From: Leptogorgia sarmentosa | Taxonomy: Eukaryota | NCBI GenBank assembly: GCA_964658305.1 | Contig: OZ210885.1 | Coordinates: 20,026,001 to 20,090,000 of the forward strand | Direction: 5' to 3' | DNA length: 64,000 bases | Part shown: positions 1-12,310 of the stretch, piece by piece | Position numbering within the stretch: position 1 is the first letter of the stretch | How the letters are laid out: every line of letters starts with the position of its first letter | The notes under the pieces: model-generated | What the model was told of the DNA's origin: nothing | The model's database searches: none | What the model saw: only the letters and a program-made list of their open reading frames with translations | Translations under genes and position numbers: made by a program

Positions 1-2362
1 AAGCCTTGCCCAGAAGCGACAATCATTCTTCACAGTAACTACAGAGCCAGAAGATGTTCGGGTTGTTGTTGATCTTGCCATAGTATTGAAAGATTTCAGT
101 TTCATTTTCTCAATCTTGCTAAATATATCTGGTCTCAACATACTGTTCAAGCCTTTCATCCCCTTTCACATATGCATTCTGCAAGTCCTTTGTTGTTTCG
201 TCATCTGCAACAACACCACTACATATGTTTACCAATTCTGTTGGGCTTTCTGGGCTGAATGGGTTCGACATGGAAGTTACTGTTTCCATAATCTGTTTCA
301 CAGCTTGCTCATGCTTATCCCAGTTGGTTTTATCCAGATCTTTCCGCTTTCTAAATGAGAACAAACAGTAGCATCAGTTCAGTTCATCAGGAAAATCAAG
401 CATACATGTACTCTATTGTGTATATGTCATTACCTTTGCTCCTCTGCTACACCAGCCATCAACTGACACTTTCTGGTTATCGCACTTCTGTCAGCCTGAG
501 CAAGAATCCACCGATTTATTGCACCTCTATTCTGAGTCAATCCGACAATACCGCCCTTGGTTTTAGAATCCCGGTTGCAAGTTTGTTCGATAGTTTGGTC
601 ACAGGCGATTGATGAAAATCCGTATTTTTGTTGCCTTTGAACAGTCCATTGCAAATCCATTTCTGTTGAAGGTCCTGGAAAGAACCAACGACACATATGT
701 TATAGGAAATTGAGAATGTGCGTTTTTATATATATATATAATTTCCTTACCGGGGTGTGTCTCATCCAAACAAACCATTTCAAGCCAGTATGCAGGCATA
801 TAGCAAGCATAATTTATGCAGTCATAGGCAAAGTACCAAGGAAGCATTGCTCTCACTGCTGCTAGGTGAAGCATCCAATTTGTTGTTCTTGTTGCTCTGA
901 TAAACGTTAGCAGCAGCTGAACCATGTCAATGTAGGAAGACCAAAACTCAAACGTTGCACTTCTTTTCTTCTCCTCTTCAACAAACATCTGGAACGTAAA
1001 ATCATTTTGTCATAAATTAGATGATTATGTTTCTAACAACGTACATCATAAAACCAGTTATAAGGTCACATAATTGGCACCTAACACATAATTGCTCTTC
1101 TGCCCCTTAGCAAAGGCATATCACAAATGTTTTGTGTAATATTGAACATTTTTAACCCTTTAAGCAGCAATGTGCCCAGATGCGTTCTACCTTATTTTAC
1201 TTTGTCTCATGCCAGACAATTTTATTTGTCATGGGGGAAACTACGGCCACTCACATTTAGTTTTTCTCAACATTGCAATGCCAAACAAAAAACTTCAACA
1301 TTTCAAGCGAATGCCCTCTAATTCTCTCAAAATGTCAATGAAAGGTTTCCTTTTATTTTTCAAATAAATTACACAACAGCAAAATAAATTAGTCAAGACT
1401 TATCTTTTTGCTATGTCATTTAAGGTAGCATTCTCTCCATAAATTTCGATGATCTCTTTGTCCAAGTTGCCATGTATCTCCTTAGCTAGGCCAATGATTT
1501 CTCCCTTTTGCTCTGTTGATTGAGTCTCAAGAAAAGCTTCAAAACGTAGCCTTTCCATGGCTTCAAAAACCAACTTGTGAGCACGTATACAGCGGTTGTA
1601 GTGCTTGCCACTGAAGACTCCATTCAGAAATCCTTGAGCAACAGTTTCGGATTCAACCAGAATGTCCTGCAAATCGGGTTTAAAAGGAGGAACAAATCAC
1701 TGACAATTCTATAGACTCATTCACTATATTTACTATACCACATTGGACATAGGGAGTGAGTTCACTTGATATCATATTAGGAAGAATTGTTCTCTAGTGA
1801 ATGACAATTCTATTGAGAACATTTCTTGTATACAAAAATACAAAAACATATATAAATTCTAACCTGCAAACCAGCATCACGGAATCGACATGATATTGCT
1901 GTGGCATACGACATACAGGCATGAAATTCCCCAAGGCGAAAAATGAACTTAGTGAGAAACTCATCACATTTCCATCGTACTTGCTGTGCCTTCGCATATA
2001 CAGCTTCATCAAAGATTAATACTGCATAATGCAGTTCCAACTTATTTGCAATGTCGGCACTCCGCCTCAAGATTGTGTATATTGTTGAGATTTAGTTCAT
2101 CACATAAGTACTTACAGATTGTATATATAAAGTCCAACATCAGACTTGGATCCAGTGATGGCTTATGTGTCACTAAACCTATTTCAATGCCACCGTTTGT
2201 CACAGCCGTGTGCAGTTTTGGTGATTCTTTGTTTCCAAGAATGTAGGTGCATAATTGCTTTTCAGGAGCTTTTAATGAGCGCAATGACTTTTTAATAGTA
2301 GTAGAACTGGTCTTGCGGTGTGTTGGAAGTTGCTCATCATCTCTTGTTCGCTGAATGATAAT
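1..2362 (-). pseudogene. Academ-A transposase, central/3' exons (intron-containing, degraded; runs off the left edge)
   Basis: Minus-strand ORF pieces carry FDEAVYAKA, RLGEFH, HYNRCIRAH, LHLAAVRAMLPWYFAYD and DQTIEQT..K.KGGIVG, collinear with the Academ-B protein at 36682-41116, separated by GT-AG introns (e.g. donor at 1863). Confidence 0.8.
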
Positions 2363-2363
2363 T

Positions 2364-2387
2364 TTGCAATTTGTTTGGACTGGACTA
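2364..2387 (-). repeat. Displaced left terminus of Academ-B (TAGTCCAGTCC...)
   Basis: TTGCAATTTGTTTGGACTGGACTA matches the Academ-B right end (41528-41568) apart from an internal indel. Its reverse complement continues into TTAGAATTTTC at about 36028. Confidence 0.65.
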
Positions 2388-4516
2388 TTAAAATCTAGTA
2401 GATTGACTGGACTATATGGCTAAAAGTAACCCAAAACAAATCACTGTTCTGAGGGCACTTCAATCTTTAATTCCTCCAAAACACTTGCCTATTTTATGAA
2501 GGACAAAGCGGGCAATTAAGCTCGAATTCAAGTGTCATTCGGGCAAACATAATTCCATCATAGTTGATAGAATATTAACTTTATTAGACAATATAACATC
2601 AATAATACAATGAAAGTCATTATCCTCTAAAACATCCTATATATATATATATATATATATATATGAAGTATTCCAATTCCAAAGCACAAGTATTTCAGAT
2701 CGAAAAAATGTATTACATAACAAAAGAGGTATAATATGACACCTCGAAATGCCATTTCCGACTATCTGGAGACCCGAAATTTTGCTCCTCCGTTTTCACC
2801 CCCATTGAAATGAGTCACGTTTATGAAAAAACAACCAATGTTAGGACACTTGTAGGATACTAATCAACAAAAGAGATATATTTTACAAAAATTCATGCCC
2901 AACAACATTTTGTCTGTTTGATATTTCAGCGGGACAAAATCTTGAGCAAACAGCAGTTTAACATTTCTTCAAATCATAAATTATGACTCATTTCAATACC
3001 TCAAAATCATTTTACGCTCCATTGAATTCCGGATAAGTGGGATCATATAAACAGGCCCTAAGACGAGCGAGGGGTTGCTGCATGTATGTATTTCTAGTCT
3101 TAGGAGCGACTTCACTGTTATCTCTGTCAGGAGAAGCAGTATCAACACTTTCAGAAAACAGCTTATCGATTTTTGCAGAAACATTACTTGGAATACTGTG
3201 CAGGCTTGTATCAATTAAATTAAATGGTTTCCCAGTCTGCCATGACTCAAGTAATGCCCGCATCTGCATCATTCGTTCATTAAAAGTCTTCATCCCACCT
3301 TCACTTGCCACAGATGCCAATGCTTGAGCCATCTTTAAAGCTTTCTTGTACTTCTGGGCTTCTGACAAGATCTTTTTCTGAGATACCTCATCTTGTACAT
3401 TGATATAAGCATCATTTGTGCTATCACTTTCCATGTTGCAGAGTTCCGTTGTAGCATATTGTTCTGAATTGTTAGCATAAGCGTTCTTCCATCGGTCCAA
3501 AACCAGTGATTCATCAAAGCGACTCATATTCAAGAGTTGTCTAACTTTAAAAATATGGCGACACGGCAGTCCAATTTTTGCAGGGTAGTTGCACTGGCAC
3601 GAGACTGGCGAAGCTATCACACGTGTTTGGTCATGCCTGATTATGAGAAAGGTATCGTCTGATAACTTTTTATTTACTTCTACCATTTTAGAAATCTTCG
3701 CTTGGTCTTGAATATGCCTAAAAGCATATGGTGTAACACAGTTCCCATAATCTCGTAGATCATCGTCCATTGACAATAAACAATTTGCACAGCGAGCACA
3801 TGCCATTAGCCTGTGGTGTTGCCGTTCATTTCGCAGTGCTCCTAAAACGGCGAAGAATTCGGTAAAAAACTGCAAGAGACTGCCATATTTGGAACAAACG
3901 CTTTTAATTTTACTGTTGATGCTTTCAAGACGGTTATTGGTTGTCTCGCCCAAGTTGAAGGCAGTATCTTTAAAACAAGGTACCCATTGCTCTTTAATCG
4001 GATCCCAATTCTCCAGAAAGTATGATACAACAGAATGAATTTTTGTAGCTTTTAGCAAACCCAGGTTTAGTTGGTATTCTTCAGCTGTCCGTGAATAGGT
4101 AATTTTTGTTATAATTTCCAGACATCTGTTTCTCTCGCCAGATGTAATGCCCATTTTATCCATAGTGACCTCTTGAATGTCCTTAATGTATGGAACAGAC
4201 AAATTTGAAGAACTACACCAGGAAAACACCTACTGAACACATCCCTCTCAGTAAAATCTTTATCGGATATGACAACTTTTGTCTTCTCCCAGGCTGGATT
4301 ATGCGTCTTGAAGCATTCTACCGCTGATTCAATCGTTACTCCTGTTTCTTCAGCAACTATAAACAATCCAATTATTTCACTTAAGCCATGACCGTCAACA
4401 GTAAAGAGAACATATACTGGCATGTTCAAGTCAAGTAACTTGTATGTAGCATCAACCATTAATAGCTCTGGATACATGGCAAAAACGGTCTTCATTTTCT
4501 TATCCTGGTAAAATAG

Positions 4517-5716
4517 ACATTTAAATTCGTTGTCTTTGTCCACAGTAACTTCAACTGTAGAGTTACGATCTTTTTGAAGGAAGGTGACAACAGCGTCTAC
4601 AGTACTGTGCAAAAGTCTTAGGCCACCCTTTCAATGTACTGAAATAATGAAGACTAACAACATGTAGCACTCAAAGTTATTGAAATTAGTACAATTTAAT
4701 ACAACTTTTTAATAACTACCCTGATATACTAGGATATGCTGCCATAAATAAGGTTAACATGTACCAATTAAAATTATTAAAGTGAACAACAAACAAATTA
4801 TATGAAAAATTGGAAGATATTTAATAATTAATTCAGTATTTGGCATTCATCATCAGTACTTTGTATGGCCTCCTTTCGATTTTATAACTGCTGGAATTCG
4901 TTTTGGCAAGCTTTGCTGCAATTTTTGCAAGTAATCTTCCGGTATATTGTCCCATGCTTCTTTCAGAACTCTCCATAGTTGATCTTTTGATGTGGGCTGT
5001 TTCTTGTTTTTTTCCCTGTTCAGGTAATCCCACACTGCCTCAATTATGTTGAGATCGGGACTTTGTGGTGGCCAATCTAGAGTTGTAAGGGTACCAGTTG
5101 CTGATTTGCGCTGGTTTGCACATTTAAATTCGTTGTCTTTGTCCACGGTAACTTCAACTGTAGAGTTACGATCTTTTTGAAGGAAGGTGACAACAGCGTC
5201 TACAGTACTGTGCAAAAGTCTTAGGCCACCCTTTCAATATACTGAAATAATGAAGACTAACAACATGTAGCACTCAAAGTTATTGAAATTAGTACAATTT
5301 AATACAACTTTTTAATAACTACCCTGATATACTAGGATATGCTGCCATAAATAAGGTTAACATGTACCAATTAAAATTATTAAAGTGAACAACAAACAAA
5401 TTATATGAAAAATTGGAAGATATTTAATAATTAATTCAGTATTTGGCATTCATCATCAGTACTTTGTATGGCCTCCTTTCGATTTTATAACTGCTGGAAT
5501 TCGTTTTGGCAAGCTTTGCTGCAATTTTTGCAAGTAATCTTCCGGTATATTGTCCCATGCTTCTTTCAGAACTCTCCATAGTTGATCTTTTGATGTGGGC
5601 TGTTTCTTGTTTTTTTCCCTGTTCAGGTAATCCCACACTGCCTCAATTATGTTGAGATCGGGACTTTGTGGTGGCCAATCTAGAGTTGTAAGGGTACCAG
5701 TTGCTGATTTGCGCTG
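4517..5716. repeat. Near-perfect ~600-bp tandem duplication spanning the Tc1 3' end and MULE flank
   Basis: 4517-5113 recurs at 5120-5716 (offset 603) with a 6-nt filler GTTTGC and only a few substitutions. Confidence 0.95.
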
Positions 5717-6603
5717 TAAATAAGACTTTATTATCTTTGCTGAGTGCTTCGGCTCATTATCATGTTGGAAGATGAAATTGTTGCCAATCAATCTTTTTCC
5801 TGATGGTATAGCATGATGAATCAATATTTGTTTAGTTTATATGAGATCTCCCACACCATTGGCTGAAATGCAACCCCATACCATAACCGAACCGCCACCA
5901 TGTTTCACAGTAGGCTGTAGGCATGCATCAATATATTTTTCACCAACTCTTCTCCGAACATAATGGCACCTGTTTGAACCAAAAAGTTGGAATTGTGATT
6001 CATCACTCCATAGTACTCTTCTCCATTGTGCACTGTTCCATGTCTTGTGACGTTTTGCAAATTTCAACCTCTTTTGCTTGTTACCTCTACGTAATAATGG
6101 TTTTTTAGTTGCAACACGTCCATGAAGACCGCTTCTTCCCAGACTCCTTCTGATAGTCAAAGAGTGCACCTTTGTTCCACCAGACACTGCCAACTCGTGT
6201 GCCAACGCTTTACTGGACTTCCTCCTGTCCCTCAAAGAAGTTACTTTCAAGTACTTTTCGTCCGACTCAGACAGCTTCTTTGGTCTTCCACTTCGTTTTC
6301 TGTCGTTTACCTCACCATTCTCTTCAAACTTCTTCAGGACTTCTTGGACACCACACCTTGAGAATCCAGTTAGACGGGCTATCGCACGTTGTGACTTCCC
6401 TTGTTGATGTAGAATGACAATTTTATGTCTGTCAAATTGTGTTAACTTAGCCATGGCATTCTGCATACCACGTTTATGTACTCCCATTATAAAGCAGAAA
6501 TCAGTTCGGGAAATTGTGGGATTGTGTCTCGCGCATGCTATTTAACATGGGTTACGTTTAACAAGAATTTGCCAAGGTGGCCTAAGACTTTTGCACACTA
6601 CTG
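5203..6603 (-). mobile_element. Tc1/mariner element with DD38E spacing (Intruder-like)
   Basis: 28-bp TIRs CAGTA(C/G)TGTGCAAAAGTCTTAGGCCACC and TA duplication (5201-5202, 6604-6605). Confidence 0.92.
5456..6487 (-). pseudogene. Tc1 transposase, disrupted near 5830
   Basis: HTH region, RSGRPKK, WSDES, VKHGGGSVMVWGC, QHDNEPKH and WPPQSPDLNIIE, with 38 residues between the second D and the E. Confidence 0.9.
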
Positions 6604-7289
6604 TAATTCATTGCTGTTATGTTCTTTCCTTGTTTGGGTTTGTAGGTTTTGAATATCCTTCAAAGTTATAGGACGACCAGTTGCTTTCTCGATCTTTTGC
6701 TGGATAAGTTTAGTGTTAGCTTTTAGGCGGATTGCGTCTTTTACTTCTTCTTTATCCTGCGTATCGAGACATCGTTGTCGAGGGAAATGGTTGTACAGCT
6801 CGCGTGATATTTGATGGTTGTGTTCCTCATGCACCCTATGAACCTCCAACTCTTTTCCATCTTGTGAAAGCGACAGGTAGATTTCAACTGGATGGTCTTA
6901 TTATTTTTTCGCGCGGCTTTGAAGCTTTTCCGCCAAATTTGCAGGAGAGCTTGAGTGAGTAGTATTTTAAACTCTGGTTGGCATTTTCGACCCTTTTTGG
7001 AACTCTTTTACGAGCAGCGTCTAGTGTTCTGGCATCTCTCTTCCAGAGCTGACAAAAGAAATGAGATTCGTGCCGTTCGATTGCCTCATCTAGTTCGATT
7101 AAGCTGGCGAATCGTTCTCCCACTGTGAATTTGCACGTCTCCCTATTTTCACTTTTTATCACTTTATCTTTTAGTTGCTGGTCTTCCTGAATTTCTGGCG
7201 GAATTGTTTCAGATTGCTGAGTTTTCCCGACGTCTACTGGAACAGACAGGTCTATTACGGTATACTGTGTTTCGTCGATTTCGCCGGAA

Positions 7290-7550
7290 GAAGGCGGCCT
7301 GGCCACGGAATGCTGCGTGTCGTCCAAAACTTCGAGAATTGAGGGGAGTACTACGGAAGGCTGCGCTTCGTCCATTTCAAAAGGAGGCGGACGGGCCAGG
7401 GAGTGCTGTGTGTCTTCCAAGACATTAAAAGCGGGCGGATCTACCACGGGAGCCAGCGCATTTTCTATTTCAGAAACAGGCGGCCTGGCCACGGAGTGCT
7501 GCGCGTCGTCCGAGACTTCGAGAACAGGTGGACGTGCCACAGACTGCATT
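7290..7550 (-). repeat. Degenerate ~22-aa coding repeats (Q[HS]SVARPP) in the MULE-1 linker
   Basis: QSVARPP, QHSVARPP, QHSLARPP and QHSVARPP recur in ORF 6884..8734. Confidence 0.7.
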
Positions 7551-10090
7551 GATTTCTCGACGAATTCTGATTCACAAGGACGTGTCGCGGACACTAGATC
7601 TTGTATTTTCTGGACAACTTCATCTTTTAAGCAGTTTTCAATAAATGCAACATCGATTTCGCCTTTGACTAGCCAAGAGATGATCAGTTCACGCAAATAA
7701 TCAGAGTAAGTGGTTGGCTCTAGCAACCATTTCAAACCGTAAGGTAGATTGCCAGTTGGTGAAAGTATCACTTTCTGCCAGACATTGGGTACCTTTTGAG
7801 CAACCACCGCTAAGATAGCTATAATGGCTCCACATACGTTGCCACATGTTTGAAAAGGAAAGTTTTTGAAACACTTGGATGAACAGTTGTGATGGTGATT
7901 GTAGATTAATGATGGCGTGTGACAGATAAAAAACTTCTTATAGGGTTTTTTTGGTAGACAGTAAATGTTGTCAATGGCGTCTAACACTCGGTTAATTTCT
8001 TTCTTCAGATTGAAAGGGGGATTCCAACCAAGAGTGTTGCAATAGAACCAGGAATTAGATACCAGGTCCACGCATGTCATTGTCCAGTGACAGCCTTTTC
8101 TTTTTGGTGAACTGAGAAAAACTTTGGACCTTCCTACATGAGAAACAAACGTAAGACTGCTTGGTTTGCTTTGTACAATTTTTGAAACTTGCTTCTGGAG
8201 AGTTTCAGCATCCATAAAGAGTGAGTCGTTTAGTAGAAGTGTGCATGTCTTGGTATTCTCCTTTTGAAGTAGTTTTACAATACCGGAAAGAATGCTATAA
8301 TGAAGCCACCTGTTTCCAACTATAGTAGAAAGGTCTGAAGCAAGTATAGTACTATCATCTTCAAGTACACAATTTCCATTGGGCTTGTCCATCAGAAGTC
8401 GTTTAAAAGTATGCAGATCTTCTTTTGGCACAGTACAGCCAGATTCAGGATATTTAATATCTTTGTCTAACCACTCTATTTCTTGTTTCACTTGTGCAGA
8501 AACATTGCGAAGCTTATGTACATTTAGTAAACTTTGGAAAGACATTTCATCAAATACTCCCAGGTCGCATGAAACTGCTGGGTAACTTCCCAATCTCAGT
8601 GTTGTTATCATCTCAAGACAACTTGATTCTGATGGCATACTTGTCAGAGTTGACACATCTACTTTCCTTTCTGGGGCCTGGCAATGAAGAAGTGTAGGTC
8701 CAACTGGGACAACTTGGGGGAAACAGATGTTCAATGTTGTAATTCTGGTGGTGGAGTGAAATGTGTTATTAGTGATGATATTCTGAAAATAGCATATTCA
8801 ATGTATTGTAAAATATCTGTAAAATAAAAATATATATAAAAAAAATAAAATAAAAATATATATATATATATATATACAAAACGTATAACAATGTGCCCTC
8901 CCGGTTATCACCATAATGGCCTTAAGGCAACTCCTGAACTTGGGCACAGGATGTACAGTTACACATTGTGAGGAAGGATTGCATTGTGGAGTCACCAGAG
9001 TGCTCAAACTGCGAGTAGTGAGCAATGCATATTGCAAATAGTGAATGTCTAATAAAGACTCCACCCAATCCAAGAGAGTGCTCAAACTGCATGAGCAGTG
9101 AGCTCAGAAATTTAAATGGAAAATCTATACAATACATCATTTTCCATTTTAATCATTAATATTACAATAAATTTAAAATGCTCTACAAAGTTTATATCTA
9201 TACAATTATTTTTTTTTGAAGGAAACTATAAATCTAAAGTTTCTTGGGGATGCCAAAAATTTCTGGGCGGGGGGGGGGGGGGGCGAGCACCCCCACCCTC
9301 AGAAAATCCATGCCTGGTGGCATGCGGTAAACTATTATACATTATATCAATTTGTAAACATGAGTTCGACACTGTTTTATTTTTGTGGACCCTAACTCAG
9401 CATTGGGTGTATATTTTGCAAAAAAAATACACTGCATATCATATACAATGTATATCCGGTCTTAGTTGTATTGTACATTTTTGGGCATACAGTACCTTAA
9501 GATTACAGTCCACATTAAGATGTCTTATTCTTCTCTTCCCTAGTGGGAAATATTGGTATGTTAATCAGTTATACAATTCAATGTAGTCACTTAATCTTTC
9601 CTGAAGGACCTTTAGACATATGAATTAAATTTATCATGTATGGCCATGCCAGCCATGCATGGACATGAATATTATACATATTAATAATTTAGAAGCAAGC
9701 ACATCACATGTAATTTGCATATATATTTGCATACGGTACCTTTTTCTTTAAGTTGTAAGCACCTTTCCATATTCAAATATCCAACTGTACCAAAAAATAA
9801 TATAAATGATAGTAATAAAAAGTATCTCGTTTTCCCAATATTTTTATTTTAAGAGCTCCAACAATACAAAAGAGCGGCAGCGCTACAAGAACATGTCATT
9901 TGAATTTCCCGCAATCCCCCGCTAAATAACCACTGTCCTAAAATTATGATGGCTCACAAATAAGACTGCTGGTCAAATAGTATTTTTTGCAACCTGACCG
10001 GCTGCCGGTCAAATAGTCACGGGGTTAATGATATAGTATAAATGCACAGTCAATATAAACTAGATTATTGAAGCCAATATTTCTTTTCAG

Positions 10091-11043
10091 AAAACCAAGA
10101 AAAGAACGATACAAAAGCTCACCCAAAGCCAAACCTTTGATGCTGGAAAGTTGCAAAAGGCTGCAGAACTGAAAAAGGATGAGTCTATCCTGTTACACAT
10201 TCGAGACAAAGATTGTGTTGCAGTTGAAGCATGCTACCATAAAAAATGTTATGCAAGCTACACAAATTTCCTGCACTATGAACCAGTAAAGGATAAAGAA
10301 GAAAGACTTTACGAGGAGTCCTACCAGCACTTCTGTAAACAAGTTGTAGAGAAGAGGATCATTGCAAATAAAGAAGTAATGCTCATGAGAAAACTGTTTG
10401 ACTATTTTGCTAAAGCTGTTAAAGACACGGAAGGATTAGATGCTTCAAATTATCGAGCATTTCGTTTGAAAAATAGATTGAAGCTTACATACCCGCAGTT
10501 AGTTTTCCATAAACCTAGTAAAAGGAACATGAGTGAGTTGGTTTTCAGTGAGGATCTGAGTAAGGGTGTGATTGCAGCAGAAAACATCTCAATGCGTGAC
10601 AGTTCTGACACTGATAATGGTAGTCAGGAAGAGATCGAGACAGAAACTCCTAGCACGTCAACCCAAGAGTCTGGAAGCAATGAGGAAGAAGAAATGAGAA
10701 CGTTGTTTCATGCTGCTATGATCCTTCATGGTAAAATCAAAGAATGTCAAAATTTTTACCAAAGTTGGCCCCCTACACCATCTGAATTTACCACAACAAA
10801 TGCAGAGAAAATGGTCCCCCCTAGTCTATCGGTGTTCCTTTCTTGGTTACTTGGGTTTTCATCCACAGTTTGTATGAGATCGCACCTAAATATTACAGCG
10901 AATGAATATTTAAAAGTTCTTTCTCTTGCTCAAGATATAATCCATGTAAGCTCAAATGGCAGGAAACAGACTCCAAAATCTCTATCGTTGGGCATGGCAG
11001 TCAGGCAAATTACAGGATCTTATGCACTTACAAACATCCTTAA
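10091..11043 (+). pseudogene. Academ-A transposase exon 2, 5' part, cut by Kolobok insertion at TTAA
   Basis: Acceptor TTTTCAG at 10090. Frame reads KTKKRT...DCVAVEACYHKKCY...TPKSLSLGMAVRQITGS and continues as NGFGNSVS on the minus strand at 24944. Confidence 0.85.
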
Positions 11044-11365
11044 AGTGCATATCAAGCTTATTTTTTTATTGGCTCATCTTATAGAGCTCAAAAAGTTGTT
11101 TAGTAAGTCTTTTACCGATTTTGATTTGGACCAATAGTTTCCGAGATTTCGAGGTTGAAAGAGCCAATTTTTGACGATTCTCGCGTTAATTGCCGGGCCA
11201 GATTATAATGGCTGGGGGACTGGGTCTTGGGCATATGCTTTGATTACATCTCTATAAATACAATGGAGATTTGAGATCTGAATTGAAAGAAACTCGTTTT
11301 ATTCACGATCTATCAGACATGGAAAGCTCAAATTCAGCGGCAGACATGTACGATAGTCCATCTTC
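11044..11365 (+). repeat. Kolobok terminal repeat (322 bp), copy 1, after TTAA
   Basis: TTAA 11040-11043 then AGTGCATATCAAG..., nearly identical to 24949-25270. Confidence 0.9.
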
Positions 11366-12310
11366 TGAAGATTTGATGGAACAAGAACGTGTATGTTTCG
11401 AGGATAACGACGGGGTTGGTGAGGTCGAAGTCGAAGATCAAGATGAAGAGGACGCCATTGGCGCCTACTCTGACGAACCTTTAGCGGATGAAGAATGGGT
11501 TCAAGAGTATGATAAAAGGCAGCAAATGAGCAAAGCGGAATTTCATGAATTGTCACAAAGATTGAATGGAACAGAGCCTGTACATATGTGGTAAGTACTC
11601 TAACTGAAGTCTGTAATCATCATCATGGACCATCACCGACACCATGGTCCATGATCTAAATTCCCTACACGGATATAATTTATTATACGGCTACTCTGTA
11701 CCAATGAACTATAAATATAATATATAGTATATATCATGTAAAAAGGACAATATGATCAATGATGACTAGTTTTGTTAATTTTGCACACTGAATTATTGTC
11801 AATTGTGAAATTGTGTTATGTAGGTGCAAATGTGACTTTTGTGCTACTACACTTTTGGAAAGCCCTAAGGAATGTCGTTGTTGTTGCGAAGTGGAGAAGT
11901 GGGTCTCTGCCTTGAATGACCCATCTGTGCTTCAATCGGTTGGAAACACACTGCCCTGTATAACACAACATCCAGGCTTTAGTGCCCTTTGCCTCAACAG
12001 GTGGAGTTTGGAATAGACCCTTTTAAGGTTAACGACGCCATATTGACGGGGGTGCAAAAACATTGGGGCGAGCGCGCGGCCACCCATGGCGTCGTACACA
12101 AAGTAGCATTGTTTATTAGTTAAATCTTGTCTTGAGTGCCTCGTGTTTATGTTAAAACCTCTTCTATAGCGAAAACTTTGTTGTTTTATTTCGGGTAACT
12201 TCTATCTTGTGTAATTGTTGGTGATCGAAGATACATTTCAGTTTGTAGCGACAATAACAATGGCGACATAGTCGTGCATATATTATGCATGAGTGATACT
12301 CATTATCATT

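Larger units (their letters stand above)
3012..8734 (-). pseudogene. Ulp1-like protease + FAR1-like + MULE DDE + SWIM transposase, interrupted by Tc1 and frameshifts
   Basis: CHWTMTCVD...FQTCGNVCG (Ulp1/C48-like His...Gln-Cys pattern), CKFGG...HEEHNH (FAR1/WRKY-like), LMVDATYK, ISDKDF, CLFH, TNNRLE (MULE D-D-CxxH-E) and CQCNYPAKIGLPCRH (SWIM). The frame rejoins across the Tc1 TA as ...NSNEL|DAVV... Confidence 0.85.
3012..10024 (-). mobile_element. MULE-1 (Mutator-like), 5' part, with 96-bp TIR at 9929-10024
   Basis: TIR 9929-10024 is nearly identical to 44795-44890. The 9-bp flank TTAATGATA (10025-10033) is the reverse complement of TATCATTAA (44891-44899). Contains transposase ORFs. Confidence 0.85.

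Noticed and set aside
3020..3080. Exact junction joining the MULE-1 halves (about 3075 and 43512)
   Set aside because: Intervening repeat fragments obscure it, and I could not find a convincing TIR/TSD pair or in-frame join.
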